A stretch of DNA of 64,000 bases, taken from contig CAVVYZ010000009.1 in NCBI GenBank assembly GCA_963752595.1, forward strand, positions 160,001-224,000, given 5' to 3'. The position numbers and the translations under genes were made by a program. The notes under the pieces were generated by a model, which saw only the letters and a program-made list of their open reading frames with translations, did no database searches and was not told the DNA's origin. Shown here one piece after another: positions 10,547 to 20,574 of this stretch (positions are counted from its first letter, which is position 1; every line of letters starts with the position of its first letter). Origin of the DNA: an uncultured delta proteobacterium (lineage in GTDB: Bacteria > Desulfobacterota > Desulfomonilia > UBA1062).

Positions 10547-10975
10547 TCATTCATCGAACTTTGCGGGTTTCTTTCCGCGTTTCTGTTTCCTGTCGCCCTT
10601 GAGCTTCTTCTCTCGGATCCTTTCCTCCCTGGCTGACTGCGAGGGCCTTGTCTTAATCCTGCGCTTCGGAGGGACGGCAGCCTGCCGGATGAGGACAACC
10701 AAGCGTTCCAGGGCGTCTTCCCGGTTCCTCTCCTGATACCTGAAGCGCCTTGCCGTGATGATGAGAACCCCGTCTGCGGTCATGCGTCTGCCCGCGGCCT
10801 GCCTTATTCTCCTCTTAATCTCTTCGCTCAGGTGAGGAGACTTAAGGACATCGAAACGGAGCTGAGCTGCAGTGGCGACCTTGTTGACATTCTGCCCTCC
10901 CGGGCCTGATGAACGAACAAAGTCCCATTGGAGCTCGTTTTCATCAAGAGAGATATGGTCGGTAATAACGATCAT
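10547..10975 (-). CDS. arfB: alternative ribosome rescue peptidyl-tRNA hydrolase
   Basis: SSGPGGQNVNKV and basic C-terminal tail. Confidence 0.95.
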   Translation of the reverse strand: MIVITDHISLDENELQWDFVRSSGPGGQNVNKVATAAQLRFDVLKSPHLSEEIKRRIRQAAGRRMTADGVLIITARRFRYQERNREDALERLVVLIRQAAVPPKRRIKTRPSQSAREERIREKKLKGDRKQKRGKKPAKFDE

Positions 10976-11094
10976 TTTTTATTTATCCGCCCCGAACAGC
11001 ACCAACCGGTCAAGCATGCGTACCGCCGGCAAAAATCGAGCCTTTGCCGGCGGTACGCATCTTTACCACCGGATCGTTACTTTTTCCTGAAACA

Positions 11095-11853
11095 TTACAT
11101 CATCGAGAGTACGAATTCGAGCGCGCCCCTTACATCCTTGTTGAAGAAGCAGTTCAGGCTGGTCTGCCAGTCTTCCTGGGCGATTCTCTGCCTCATCCTG
11201 TCTGCCACAGGCTTCTTCAGCCCTTCTTTCAGCTTGGTGAACGCCCGGCCCGGGTTGTCGATCCACTTGGAGACGATCTTCTTGGCCCTCGGTATGAGGT
11301 CGGCATCTTCCACGATCTCGTCTATGATCCCGAACTCTTGAGCCTGAACCACGTTGAGCATCTTGCCGAAGTACATCATGTCGCGGAATTTCTTGTCGCT
11401 GTCGAATCCGAAGCGCATCACCCCTGACTGGGCAAGGGACAACGGCAGGCCGAGCTTGATCTCGCTCATGCCTACGTTGATCTTGGGATGATTCTTGGCG
11501 ATGCGATAGTCGGAAGCCATGGCAAGGATCAGGCCGCCCGCGATGGCATGACCGTTGATGGCGGAAACCACCGGCTTCTTGCACATAAAGAGCTCTATGA
11601 GGATTTCTTCCTCCTCGTTGAAGAAATCAACAATCTCGGTAAGATCCTTGAAGCCCAGAAACATCGGCAGATCGAACCCTCCGGAGAACGTCCTGCCGGC
11701 ACCGGTAAGGATGATGCCCCTGACTGATTCATCCTCATTGGCCGTCTTCACGACCTCGCTGAGAGTCTTCAAGGTCTCGCGAGTGATGGAATTCACCTTC
11801 CCGTGATCGAATTCCGCTGTGATTATCCCCTCTTCGTTCTTTACATTCAGCAT
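11095..11853 (-). CDS. enoyl-CoA hydratase/isomerase family protein
   Basis: FSGGFDL, KPVVSAINGHAIAGG, EIKLGL; start chosen at ATG behind a GGAAGGA RBS. Confidence 0.9.
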   Translation of the reverse strand: MLNVKNEEGIITAEFDHGKVNSITRETLKTLSEVVKTANEDESVRGIILTGAGRTFSGGFDLPMFLGFKDLTEIVDFFNEEEEILIELFMCKKPVVSAINGHAIAGGLILAMASDYRIAKNHPKINVGMSEIKLGLPLSLAQSGVMRFGFDSDKKFRDMMYFGKMLNVVQAQEFGIIDEIVEDADLIPRAKKIVSKWIDNPGRAFTKLKEGLKKPVADRMRQRIAQEDWQTSLNCFFNKDVRGALEFVLSMM

Positions 11854-12047
11854 TCCTTCCTCCTGCTCAATAATTTTGATCTTTCCATTAATCCGGCATC
11901 TGAGCACCGGGTATCATAGAGGATTTTCAGGAATTTGTCATTCGAGAAGTCTTTGATATTTTCCGGGTACATCCATGAGATGTTTCCTGATATATCCTCT
12001 TGCACTCTTGAATGGCGATTGATCCGGCATGTCCTTCGGCGGGTAAG

Positions 12048-12953
12048 CTAACCTATTCTTTCAAGCAGCTTCCCTATTTCCCGGACCTTCCGGAGACCTT
12101 CCAGCCACTGCGCAGGAATAGCACCCATCCCCAGATGCGCACCAAGAACCATGCCCACTGCAGAGGCCCGAGATGCAGAGTCGCCCCCTGCCGTTACCGC
12201 CTGGATCAGGGCCTCCTTAAGATCATTTTCATACTTCATGATGAGGTGAATCACCCCTGGGAAGGATTCATGAACATGACCGTTCTGACCGAACCCTGTT
12301 ACTGCATCCACGCTTTCCTTTCCCCGTGAGGAAAAAGCATCCTTCACCCAGTTGCTGATCCGGGTATCTGCAAAGCGTTCTCCGCTGGTCTCCCATATTG
12401 CATCAACCGGGGAAGCCCCTTTGAGCACATTGAAACAAACCCGGGCCAGGAACTCGCTCGCTTCGATGGTCAGCGCATTCCCATGCGTCATTGCCGCCTG
12501 GAGCCGCGATGCATCGACAAGGCCATCCAGATCGTTCCGGAGACAGTACACCAGCGGGGAAATCCTCGCGGCACCGCTTAAGTCATTCGATAAAGAACCC
12601 GACTCCAGAGGCCCCTTGCCCAGGGCAAAATTCTGGAGCGTTCCCCGCGTAGACTGGTCCATGTATCCTCTGTAATTACTGAAGAGATCCTGCCAGCGTT
12701 CAGAAAAGTCATCAAGATTAAAGCACCTACATGCAGCAACAGATTCCAGGAGAACGAATGCCTGGTCACCGCAATTGGTAAACTCGCCCTTGTCCTTGGT
12801 TTTGTGATACGAGTTGTTCGCAGGCTGGACTAAGTCCTCTATCCTTCCGAATTCTCTTGCGATCCTCTCAGTCGAGAAAATCCAATGAGATCCCAATGCA
12901 AGGGAGTCCCCGATAAAAGCTCCAAGGACCATGCCCTTTGCCTTCTCAAACAT
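12048..12953 (-). CDS. ADP-ribosylglycohydrolase family protein
   Basis: GAFIGDSLALG.HW, THG, GGDSASRAS.VG...GA. Confidence 0.85.
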   Translation of the reverse strand: MFEKAKGMVLGAFIGDSLALGSHWIFSTERIAREFGRIEDLVQPANNSYHKTKDKGEFTNCGDQAFVLLESVAACRCFNLDDFSERWQDLFSNYRGYMDQSTRGTLQNFALGKGPLESGSLSNDLSGAARISPLVYCLRNDLDGLVDASRLQAAMTHGNALTIEASEFLARVCFNVLKGASPVDAIWETSGERFADTRISNWVKDAFSSRGKESVDAVTGFGQNGHVHESFPGVIHLIMKYENDLKEALIQAVTAGGDSASRASAVGMVLGAHLGMGAIPAQWLEGLRKVREIGKLLERIG

Positions 12954-13123
12954 ATTTAAGACCCTCCATTTCCCAAAGTTCTCACCATTGACAATCGGAT
13001 AACGGATTACCCATGACCCGGCCCTTGGAAAAGAACACCTTAGGAGATCACAAGAGAGGTGAATAATCATACTTATAACATAAGCCGGCATAAGCACAAG
13101 GTCTTTTAACGATGTATTACCGA

Positions 13124-13360
13124 TCAGGTGACTATGGCCCACGCATCGAACAGCATATTATATCGCAAGATGAAAATGCCCTTATCCGTGCGGACCCTGT
13201 AGTAGTCAAGCTCGACCTTGCCCGGTACGTTCCGGCCCTCATACCACCTGTCCAGTATTTCTTTTATTCCGTACCGCTTTCCTTCGAAGATAAAGGAGGT
13301 GGGCTCCTCATGGTGGGGATGGCCCCCCTTGCATTCAACATGGATTCTCTGCAACTCCAT
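13124..13360 (-). CDS. small conserved hypothetical protein
   Basis: P.SF.FEG....I.EILDRWY....YYRV pattern; 78 aa. Confidence 0.6.
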   Translation of the reverse strand: MELQRIHVECKGGHPHHEEPTSFIFEGKRYGIKEILDRWYEGRNVPGKVELDYYRVRTDKGIFILRYNMLFDAWAIVT

Positions 13361-13428
13361 GGGGTAATGGATACCCGCTTACAGAGGTATTTCAATACCA
13401 ATGACAGCCCAAGAGATATACTGGAAAC

Positions 13429-13959
13429 TTACCTTTCTATCTCGACTTTTACTTTTTTCCTGCCCCATATCAAGGCCTGTGTATGGGTATTGTAGTAGAG
13501 GTCAATCCTGGTCGGCCCCTTTATCGCCGATCCACGATCTTCAACTACTCCCCATCCATATCCGGGGACATACATCTTGGTTCCGAAGGAGTAGTATTTC
13601 GTATCTGCTGCAATAGTGCCGCTGCTTGGAAGCAGAAGCCAGGGGAAAAAGACGGTCCGTATAGGGATCATCCAGGGATGTACAACGCTGTCCAGGGAGA
13701 ACAGGCCGGGTTGGGGCATATGGGGTTTAGTTCCGCTCGCTGTCCGGCCGGTATAGGGTTTTCCATCATTCTTGCCGTCGCTTATATACTTGTTCCAGAC
13801 ATCGAGCTTCAGGTGGCTCCAGCTTCCTCGCTCCCATTTGCAGCATTCCCCGCAGCCGCAGTAGGCAGTGGTATCCATGGTTCGGATCTCACGGTCGGCA
13901 GCACAGCCTGTCATGAAGGCCAGCATCCCAAGACATACTATGAGCGTCGCCCTTCTCAT
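13429..13959 (-). CDS. 3D-domain lipoprotein (peptidoglycan lytic, MltA/Rpf-like)
   Basis: lipobox MTGC, TAY, TASG, IAAD, GYG...EDRGSAIKG..IDLY. Confidence 0.85.
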   Translation of the reverse strand: MRRATLIVCLGMLAFMTGCAADREIRTMDTTAYCGCGECCKWERGSWSHLKLDVWNKYISDGKNDGKPYTGRTASGTKPHMPQPGLFSLDSVVHPWMIPIRTVFFPWLLLPSSGTIAADTKYYSFGTKMYVPGYGWGVVEDRGSAIKGPTRIDLYYNTHTQALIWGRKKVKVEIER

Positions 13960-14029
13960 GTCCGAATACCTCCTTATTGTGTGGTAATCGGCAAGCCTGG
14001 AGACGATCATGAGACAGCACCGGCAGCTT

Positions 14030-14135
14030 AGGGGTACGGGTGCAAACGGAAAGGATCTTACGATAGGTATCAAGACCGTCCATACCCGAAGCCATGATCA
14101 TATCGAGTACGACGATATCGACTGTCCCGTCCTCC
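14030..14135 (-). pseudogene. response-regulator receiver domain remnant
   Basis: VDIVVLDMIMASGMDGLDTYRKIL in ORF 13889..14212; no intact gene around it. Confidence 0.65.
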
Positions 14136-15269
14136 AGGGAAGAGAACAGGATCAAACCAGGTAAGTATGGCGGCGTTTTCTTCAGAGGGGTAGGCATGAG
14201 CAAGATCATCAATTATCTTGAGAGTGATGTCTGCCTCTGCCTTCTCCAGGATTTCGCAGCCGGAGTGTGCGCGAGCCGCCGGGAACATCCAGTCGTGGGC
14301 GCCGTGGACCCAGTAAATCCTTCTGGATCGCGCAAGGGTAAGCTCTCCGGGAGGGAGCACACCTGATACGGGGCTGAAGGCATGAAAAGGAGTCTCCGGC
14401 AGCAAGGAGCACCCCAAGGCAAAGGTTGCACCGTCAGAGAAACCTGTCAGAAGGATTTTCTGCAGATCCAGGGGGTACTCTCCGGCAAGCCTCTTCAGAA
14501 GATCGATCAAAGGGAGCAGATCTATTTCAGGGTCTTCCAAAGACCAGGTCATACCTGCAGATGTCGGGGCGAGGAGAAAAAAATCCCGGCACCTCGCCTC
14601 CCGAATCCAGGTCCAGACGAAATCCCTCCCATGGCCGAAACCTCCGTGAAGAGCAACAATAACGGGAAGCCGCTTCTTTCTTCCCGGCATCTCCGGAAGG
14701 AAAAATGACGGGATACCGCGTGCAAACGGATCTTGCCCTTCCGTCATATGAATGAGCCGCTCTCCCCGCCCGGTATCTTCTTGTGTTTCATGCTTCCAAT
14801 GCCGGCATTGCAAGGGACTTCCTTTGAAAAAATCATCTATTTCCCGGACTTCATGCCGCAACTCGAAAAGCAGTTCCCGGATCCGGCAGATCTTTCTTCC
14901 GGCCTGCATGGCATTGAGGATTCCGGCCTGGAAATCATCGAAAGAAGCATTGAATCTCGATACAGCCTCCATACCGAGCGCCGCGGACCTCAAGAGAATG
15001 CTGCCTGTATGGATTGCCTGAAAAAACGGTTCCCTGTCCGAGCGCTGAATCAATTCCGGGTCCTTCAGCGAGAACTCGTCCATGGCGCCCTGAAGGCCGG
15101 CTGCCTTCCGGGCGAGCGCCTCGCCGTGCTTCCGGATCATGAGCGGATGAAACTTTCGTTGAACCTTCTCAAATAATCTTAACATATCAAGAAGAGAAGA
15201 ACAGAGCTTGCGGGCTTTGCCTTCACAGAGGATTTCACCATCCTGCTCCGGTCTCCTCTCTTTTTCCAT
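14070..15269 (-). CDS. phospholipase/carboxylesterase (alpha/beta hydrolase)
   Basis: LHGG.GHG, GFSDG nucleophile elbow, HGAHD, HAY. Confidence 0.8.
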   Translation of the reverse strand: MEKERRPEQDGEILCEGKARKLCSSLLDMLRLFEKVQRKFHPLMIRKHGEALARKAAGLQGAMDEFSLKDPELIQRSDREPFFQAIHTGSILLRSAALGMEAVSRFNASFDDFQAGILNAMQAGRKICRIRELLFELRHEVREIDDFFKGSPLQCRHWKHETQEDTGRGERLIHMTEGQDPFARGIPSFFLPEMPGRKKRLPVIVALHGGFGHGRDFVWTWIREARCRDFFLLAPTSAGMTWSLEDPEIDLLPLIDLLKRLAGEYPLDLQKILLTGFSDGATFALGCSLLPETPFHAFSPVSGVLPPGELTLARSRRIYWVHGAHDWMFPAARAHSGCEILEKAEADITLKIIDDLAHAYPSEENAAILTWFDPVLFPGGRDSRYRRTRYDHGFGYGRS

Positions 15270-16457
15270 CAGCGACCCCCTTGGACCTTCTTGATGTCTG
15301 CCTTGATAAAAACAGGATAATACAGGCTGTCGTCATCCATGAGCCTTCTCATATCCAGTGTATTGAGGGCGTAGGTGCAGACCAGATCTGCCCCTTTAAG
15401 CCCGGGATGGGCCTTCCCAGCGTAAACCAGCAGATCTTTCGATTCCGTACGGGACGGGCAGTACAGTTGTCTCTTTTCGGACCAGGGACCGGTAAGGGCT
15501 TTTGCCCAGCGGTATACGAGGCAATGACCGGTGAAGCTCTCGGTCTGGACCTCCAGGAATCGGCCGAGTGCAGGCTCGTAGTGGACCGTGTATTCTATCT
15601 GGGCATCCGTGAAAAGGGGCTCGGGTTTTCGCATGAGTTTATCCTGGCTTACCCATCCGGCTTCACCTGTCCACCACTGGGGTTTCATGAGATCTCCCTG
15701 TGCCGCATCGGTAAGGCTCCATCGTACGGGGTATGCCCCGTGATCGAGCGCGTGGGCGCCGAAGGCATACAGATAGCCGTCCAATACAAAGCAGCATGCA
15801 GAACCGATAATGACATTGAAGGTATTCTCCGGTGTCCGGAGCCGGCTTTTCTTCCAGAGCCCGGGGTCTTCACCGGGGTTATCGATGCCTACAGCCTCCC
15901 ATCCCTTTACTGCAAACCCGAACCCTCCCGGGGAAGGTTCGATCTCCATGAGAAAAATCACGAGGCGGTTCAGTACCACAGCTCCCGATCCGGGCCAGTA
16001 CCAGTTCCCCGGATTCGAAGGAAAAAAGGCATCGGGCGTGCCGTCTTTTGTCTCCCAATGAAAGGTAACGGTTGCATCTGCAGGATCATAGCCTCTCTGG
16101 ATCGCGATGGTATTCCTCACCAGGGAAGCATCTTTTCTCTCTCGACTCACCCCTTCCGATAAAGCTGTCACCGAAGATCCACAGCACCCTGCCTGCCTTG
16201 AGGTCTATAGAGTATGCTCCATCGCCTCCGAGCCAGTGCTCATCGCCCCTGAAAGGCTGCTCTGCCTCGTACCACCTCCGAGCGCTGAACGTGAACGATT
16301 CGTGCCCCTGTGAAGGAAGGGCTCCGTTGCTGCATGCGAAGAAGATACAGGCGAGGAGGCCGGGCAGGAGAATCCTGAGCAGGAAGAACAGGCCTAAGGA
16401 GGGGCGCTTCCTGTCTTGCCCGGTATAGGATGAAACGGAAAAAGGAGTCCCCATCAT
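15269..16457 (-). CDS. DUF4185-like secreted lipoprotein; frameshift near 16135
   Basis: WLGGDGAYS...LWIFGDSF in 16086..16457, continues in 15269..16171 (WYWPG, LTGPWS, YAGKAHP). Confidence 0.6.
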
Positions 16458-16537
16458 TTCAGCCCCATGGAGATCATTGCATCACCCTCCTACTAACCTC
16501 CCCTGATACAGCATTTACAAGCCTGGAAGTCAGATGA

Positions 16538-17560
16538 CTATGGGGTTAAAAATCCTATTTCTTTCGCGTATTCGAACTGCCTGGCCCACGGGATACCGGG
16601 ATGGGCGGCCGTGATGATATCTTCCCCGACATACGAAAGAGACCTGGCATCGAGCCCTACGGGATCATAGCCGCCGAGAAATCCGATATCCTTCGATATG
16701 AACTCGGCCTTTCCCGGCAGGCAATCACACTCCGATGCGATCCTGATCAAGGCATTGATGAGGATCGTCCTCCCTTGTATCCGCTTCCACACGGCTGCAG
16801 CGGTTTCGATGATCTTTTCCTGAAAGACCCTCATATCAGTGTTAAAAGAGATCCTCAATGCAACATCCGGACACATGGCGATGCACTGGGCGCATCCGAT
16901 GCACAGTGCCAGATCATACACAGGAAATCCATCTTCACCTACCTGGGCAGCGCCCGTGGGACAGGTTTCGGCGCATACGCCGCACCGGGTGCATTTTCTT
17001 TTGTTCAGTGAAGGTTTTGCATCGGCATGCATCCGCTGCTTCTGTGCGCGTGATGCAAACCCCATGGAAATATTCTTGATGGCACCTCCGAACCCGGCTC
17101 CAAGGTGCGCCTTGAAGTGGGAAAAGATTACGAAGCCCTGCGCCTTCTCTACGACGGCAGCTGCCTGGACGCTTTGAAAGTGCCTGTATGCACACGCGAG
17201 ATCAGCGACATCTTTGCCGTCAAGCCCGTCTGCAATGACCACCTCGCACCCGAGGTAATCGGAAGAGTATCCGTGTTCCGAGGCGGTATCAAGGCTGTCA
17301 CGGCCGTTCCTCCTCCCGCCGGAGTAGAGAACGGTGGTATCGAAGATAAAGGGCTCAATCCCCTGACTTAAGAGCCACCGGGCAATTTCTCTTGCATAGG
17401 AAGGGGGAAGAAAGCCGTGATTCCCCCGCTCGCCCCAATGGAGCTTGATGCCGACACGGTCGCCTTTGCGGAAAGGATGCAACATGTCCTGGAGCAGGGA
17501 TCTGAGTGCTGCCAATGCCCCTTGCTCGGTATGGTCCGTTGGGTAAAATAGTTCACTCAT
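16538..17560 (-). CDS. DUF362 / 4Fe-4S dicluster protein
   Basis: KLHWGE.GN, SHFK.H...GFGGAIKN..MG, two CxxCxxCxxxCP motifs, ECDC. Confidence 0.88.
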   Translation of the reverse strand: MSELFYPTDHTEQGALAALRSLLQDMLHPFRKGDRVGIKLHWGERGNHGFLPPSYAREIARWLLSQGIEPFIFDTTVLYSGGRRNGRDSLDTASEHGYSSDYLGCEVVIADGLDGKDVADLACAYRHFQSVQAAAVVEKAQGFVIFSHFKAHLGAGFGGAIKNISMGFASRAQKQRMHADAKPSLNKRKCTRCGVCAETCPTGAAQVGEDGFPVYDLALCIGCAQCIAMCPDVALRISFNTDMRVFQEKIIETAAAVWKRIQGRTILINALIRIASECDCLPGKAEFISKDIGFLGGYDPVGLDARSLSYVGEDIITAAHPGIPWARQFEYAKEIGFLTP

Positions 17561-17694
17561 AGTTCATCATTATATCAGATGAAACAAGATCGACAACTGG
17601 GAAATCATTTTCGATATCAGCTTCTTGTTTTCTGATCGGATTACTGCTTGTTGCGGTGCAAAAAAAGGAAACCAGGCTGATAAGGGGAATTATC

Positions 17695-18600
17695 TCACAA
17701 AGGATGCTGTTTCTGCCGCTGCGGATATTTCACGACCACATGATACTTGCGAACGAAACTAATCGGGTGATAGGAGAGTTTGGCCTTCCTCAATCCTTCC
17801 TCGTCCAGGTCCTGCTCGCGATTCACGAACGTGAAATCCCTGTGTGCGGCTAAGAACATCTGGTTCATTGCCTGGTAAATCCCTGAGTATTCCGTGAAGC
17901 CCTTTTCAAAATGAATACTGAGGGTGCTCAGGGTGAAGGCCTCGGCAATGCAGAACGCCACCAGCTCGCTGTTTACGATGAGGGCGCCGCCCATAATGTT
18001 TTGGAGCCGATCCCACTCACTCAGAACGCGATCTATCACACGGTTCTCTGCCGAGAGCGTCTCTGATGACTCGCAATCCCTCCACACGCACCACCGTTCC
18101 TGCATCTCCTTTGTTCTCCCGATGAGAAGAGGATGCAGGTCTAGATACTGATACTCATGTTTCTTTATGAACTGGTTCAAGAGGTTTTTCTTTTTGTGAT
18201 ATTTATTGCCTGAGAGCCCTACCAGATCTTCCACGGCATAGAGATAGTCCCAGTGCTCACGAGCTTCCTGCATTTCCATCTGCCCCGTGAAATGCGGTTC
18301 CCAGGCAAGCACTACTTCCTGCGGGACCCGTGTGAAGGAGGGGTTGCTCTCTCCGAGCAGGCCGATTTCCTTCTTCCACTGGATTGTTTTCAGACGACCT
18401 ACAGGGCTCCAATACATATTCTCAGGCCTTGTCTGCTTGATCCAGACGACATCTTTTCCCCAGGCCCATTCAAGACCGTATTCCTCTGCCCAACCCCAGA
18501 GATTGATGAAGCTGTAGTCGGAGGCTGTTATGCCGCAGGCCGTGAGCAATTCGAGATATCTTTCCTGTTTATCTAGAGATATGGGCTCGAAAATATACAT
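17695..18600 (-). CDS. DUF2156 / aminoacyl-phosphatidylglycerol synthase-type GNAT domain protein (soluble)
   Basis: SDYSF.NL.GW, DYLY, L.G.KY..KKN, HFEKG, NREQDL...GLRKAKLSY.P. Confidence 0.85.
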   Translation of the reverse strand: MYIFEPISLDKQERYLELLTACGITASDYSFINLWGWAEEYGLEWAWGKDVVWIKQTRPENMYWSPVGRLKTIQWKKEIGLLGESNPSFTRVPQEVVLAWEPHFTGQMEMQEAREHWDYLYAVEDLVGLSGNKYHKKKNLLNQFIKKHEYQYLDLHPLLIGRTKEMQERWCVWRDCESSETLSAENRVIDRVLSEWDRLQNIMGGALIVNSELVAFCIAEAFTLSTLSIHFEKGFTEYSGIYQAMNQMFLAAHRDFTFVNREQDLDEEGLRKAKLSYHPISFVRKYHVVVKYPQRQKQHPL

Positions 18601-18775
18601 GAAAACCCTTTACCGGCCTTATGTATTTTTCCTTTCAATAATACAATAATCATCCGCAGACTTTTTTTGTAAAGCTCAAAAGATCCGGCCACCCTGCTAT
18701 CTCAGCGAATGGATATTGAAACAACACGGGTAGGTATACCCATTTCGAGTTTTCCGGGCCCTATACAGCTCCTTA

Positions 18776-19810
18776 TCAGAGCTCGTGGGTCGTCTTGTCT
18801 ACGTATCTGGCTATGTCGGCCATTATATCGCCTATGTCCTCTTCTTTCAGACGCAGGATTTCTGCCGCATCCGGATGGATAGAGTAGAGCATCCCGTCTA
18901 TCCCTGCTCCGATACCGCTCATGATCGCAATGGCGTCGGCCATGTGTACGATATAGGACAGCATATCCTTATCCGAAGGGGTCGGATCGTGGTGATAGCG
19001 GATGGAAAGAGCGATGTGCTTTGGGATCTGCCAATGCTCGCATACCTCGGAGGCAAGCTCTGCATGATCGAATCCCAGCATCCTCTTTTCTGCTGAGAGG
19101 AACGACTCATTCTCCAGCTTGACAAAGGACTGGAATTCTTCCTTTCTCTCCAGGATGTAAGGATCGAGGATGATCTTCCCCACATCATGGATAAGACCTG
19201 CAGAAAACGCATCCTGCTCCAGGGCGGGATGTACACGCCGCGCAATGATCTGAGAGCCGCTGGCAACCGCCAGAGAGTGCATCCAGAGATCGCCGGCAAC
19301 AAGATCGTATCCGTCGAGATTCTTGTCGAGAATTTCCGAGGAGCAGGCCAGATTGAGCAGCTCCATGAGGGTTTTGGCCCCGAGCACAGCCGATGCGTGA
19401 TGTACAGAGGAGACATTTCCGCTGTGCCCGTAATATGGGGAATTTGCAATCTTGAGCACCCGGGTTACAATCCCCTGGTCGGTTTCGATAATCTTTGCAA
19501 GGTCGGAGAAGCTGGAATTGGGATCAGCAAGGACCTTCCTTGCCTTCTGCGCTACCTGAGGCATGGGGGGCAAATCCTTCAAGGTCCTGAAGATCCTCTG
19601 TTTGAGCACATCTCCGGCTAGAAAGCCCTTATCCTGTGCATGCCCTTCCGGGGCATTGCCACTGTCCTGTGGAGAGGCATTGAAATCGATATCCATCATT
19701 CCCTTGCAACTCGGACATGGAAGGGACACCCTCCCCTTATCTCTGAACGCCGTGAGATGCTCGTCTTGAACGGTGTATTCCTTGCTGCAGTGAGGGCATC
19801 GTATCTTCAT
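18776..19810 (-). CDS. zinc-ribbon + HDOD domain signalling protein
   Basis: CPHC...CPSC N-terminus; LPPMP, LKIANSPYYG, W.HSL, GLIHDVGK, DHAE, HH. Confidence 0.9.
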   Translation of the reverse strand: MKIRCPHCSKEYTVQDEHLTAFRDKGRVSLPCPSCKGMMDIDFNASPQDSGNAPEGHAQDKGFLAGDVLKQRIFRTLKDLPPMPQVAQKARKVLADPNSSFSDLAKIIETDQGIVTRVLKIANSPYYGHSGNVSSVHHASAVLGAKTLMELLNLACSSEILDKNLDGYDLVAGDLWMHSLAVASGSQIIARRVHPALEQDAFSAGLIHDVGKIILDPYILERKEEFQSFVKLENESFLSAEKRMLGFDHAELASEVCEHWQIPKHIALSIRYHHDPTPSDKDMLSYIVHMADAIAIMSGIGAGIDGMLYSIHPDAAEILRLKEEDIGDIMADIARYVDKTTHEL

Positions 19811-19970
19811 GGCAATCTCTCCATATCTTTTCCCTGGTAAGGGCGCCTGATGAGTGAGGCTCCCCGATTCCAGACCCTCACAAGCTCCCTTGGTCCATAC
19901 ACCGCTTTCACCCGCTGCCTACCGGATATCCCTGCTACCTGCTCAAATCGGTACAGTATTCCGTCCTTCG

Positions 19971-20414
19971 TCATGATATCTTTATCTTTCCCTCATCGAT
20001 ATTGAGGATTATGGTCTTGAGCTTGGTACCACCCACAGATTCGAGTTTCACCGGGACGTTGTGCCTGCCGAGGAGATCCTTGATCGTAGACACCAGGCGG
20101 GAACCTACATTTTCACTCTCGCCCGATGCAAGCATGGAAGCGCCTCCGGCAATGGCTACGGACATCTGGCCGTCCGCACCCCGCTTCTTGAACTCGCTCA
20201 TGACGTGCTCGATAGCAGTATCTGCAAAATATGCAGGGTTTTCAGGGTGTCTTCCCTGGGACATTCCCCGGAGGATGTGGAGCCCGGCTGCCATTTTATG
20301 CCGGGGGTTGAAGAGAATGATGCCCACACCTGTGGCTATCTTGTCGATCCAGAGAAGCCCCTCGGAAGCAAACTCACATTTCATTGGTTTTACAGCCGTT
20401 GTCTTCATGTGCAT
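19971..20414 (-). CDS. CheD-like protein, catalytic Cys apparently absent
   Basis: GLH, PAYFADTAI, IAGGASML, NVG, ESVGG; TGVG where CheD has SCV. Confidence 0.75.
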   Translation of the reverse strand: MHMKTTAVKPMKCEFASEGLLWIDKIATGVGIILFNPRHKMAAGLHILRGMSQGRHPENPAYFADTAIEHVMSEFKKRGADGQMSVAIAGGASMLASGESENVGSRLVSTIKDLLGRHNVPVKLESVGGTKLKTIILNIDEGKIKIS

Positions 20415-20574
20415 AAAATTCCCTTACCTGCTCTTCGGAAAAACGCATCGATTTCTATAGTCCCACGTTCCTCATAAACCAGGGATACCGGGAAAGTATA
20501 ACCAGAATGTCTTTGAAAGGCAGGGCTTCCCCTTTACGGTCCGTTTGGGAAACCTGATCAGTTCTGTGGGGCGG

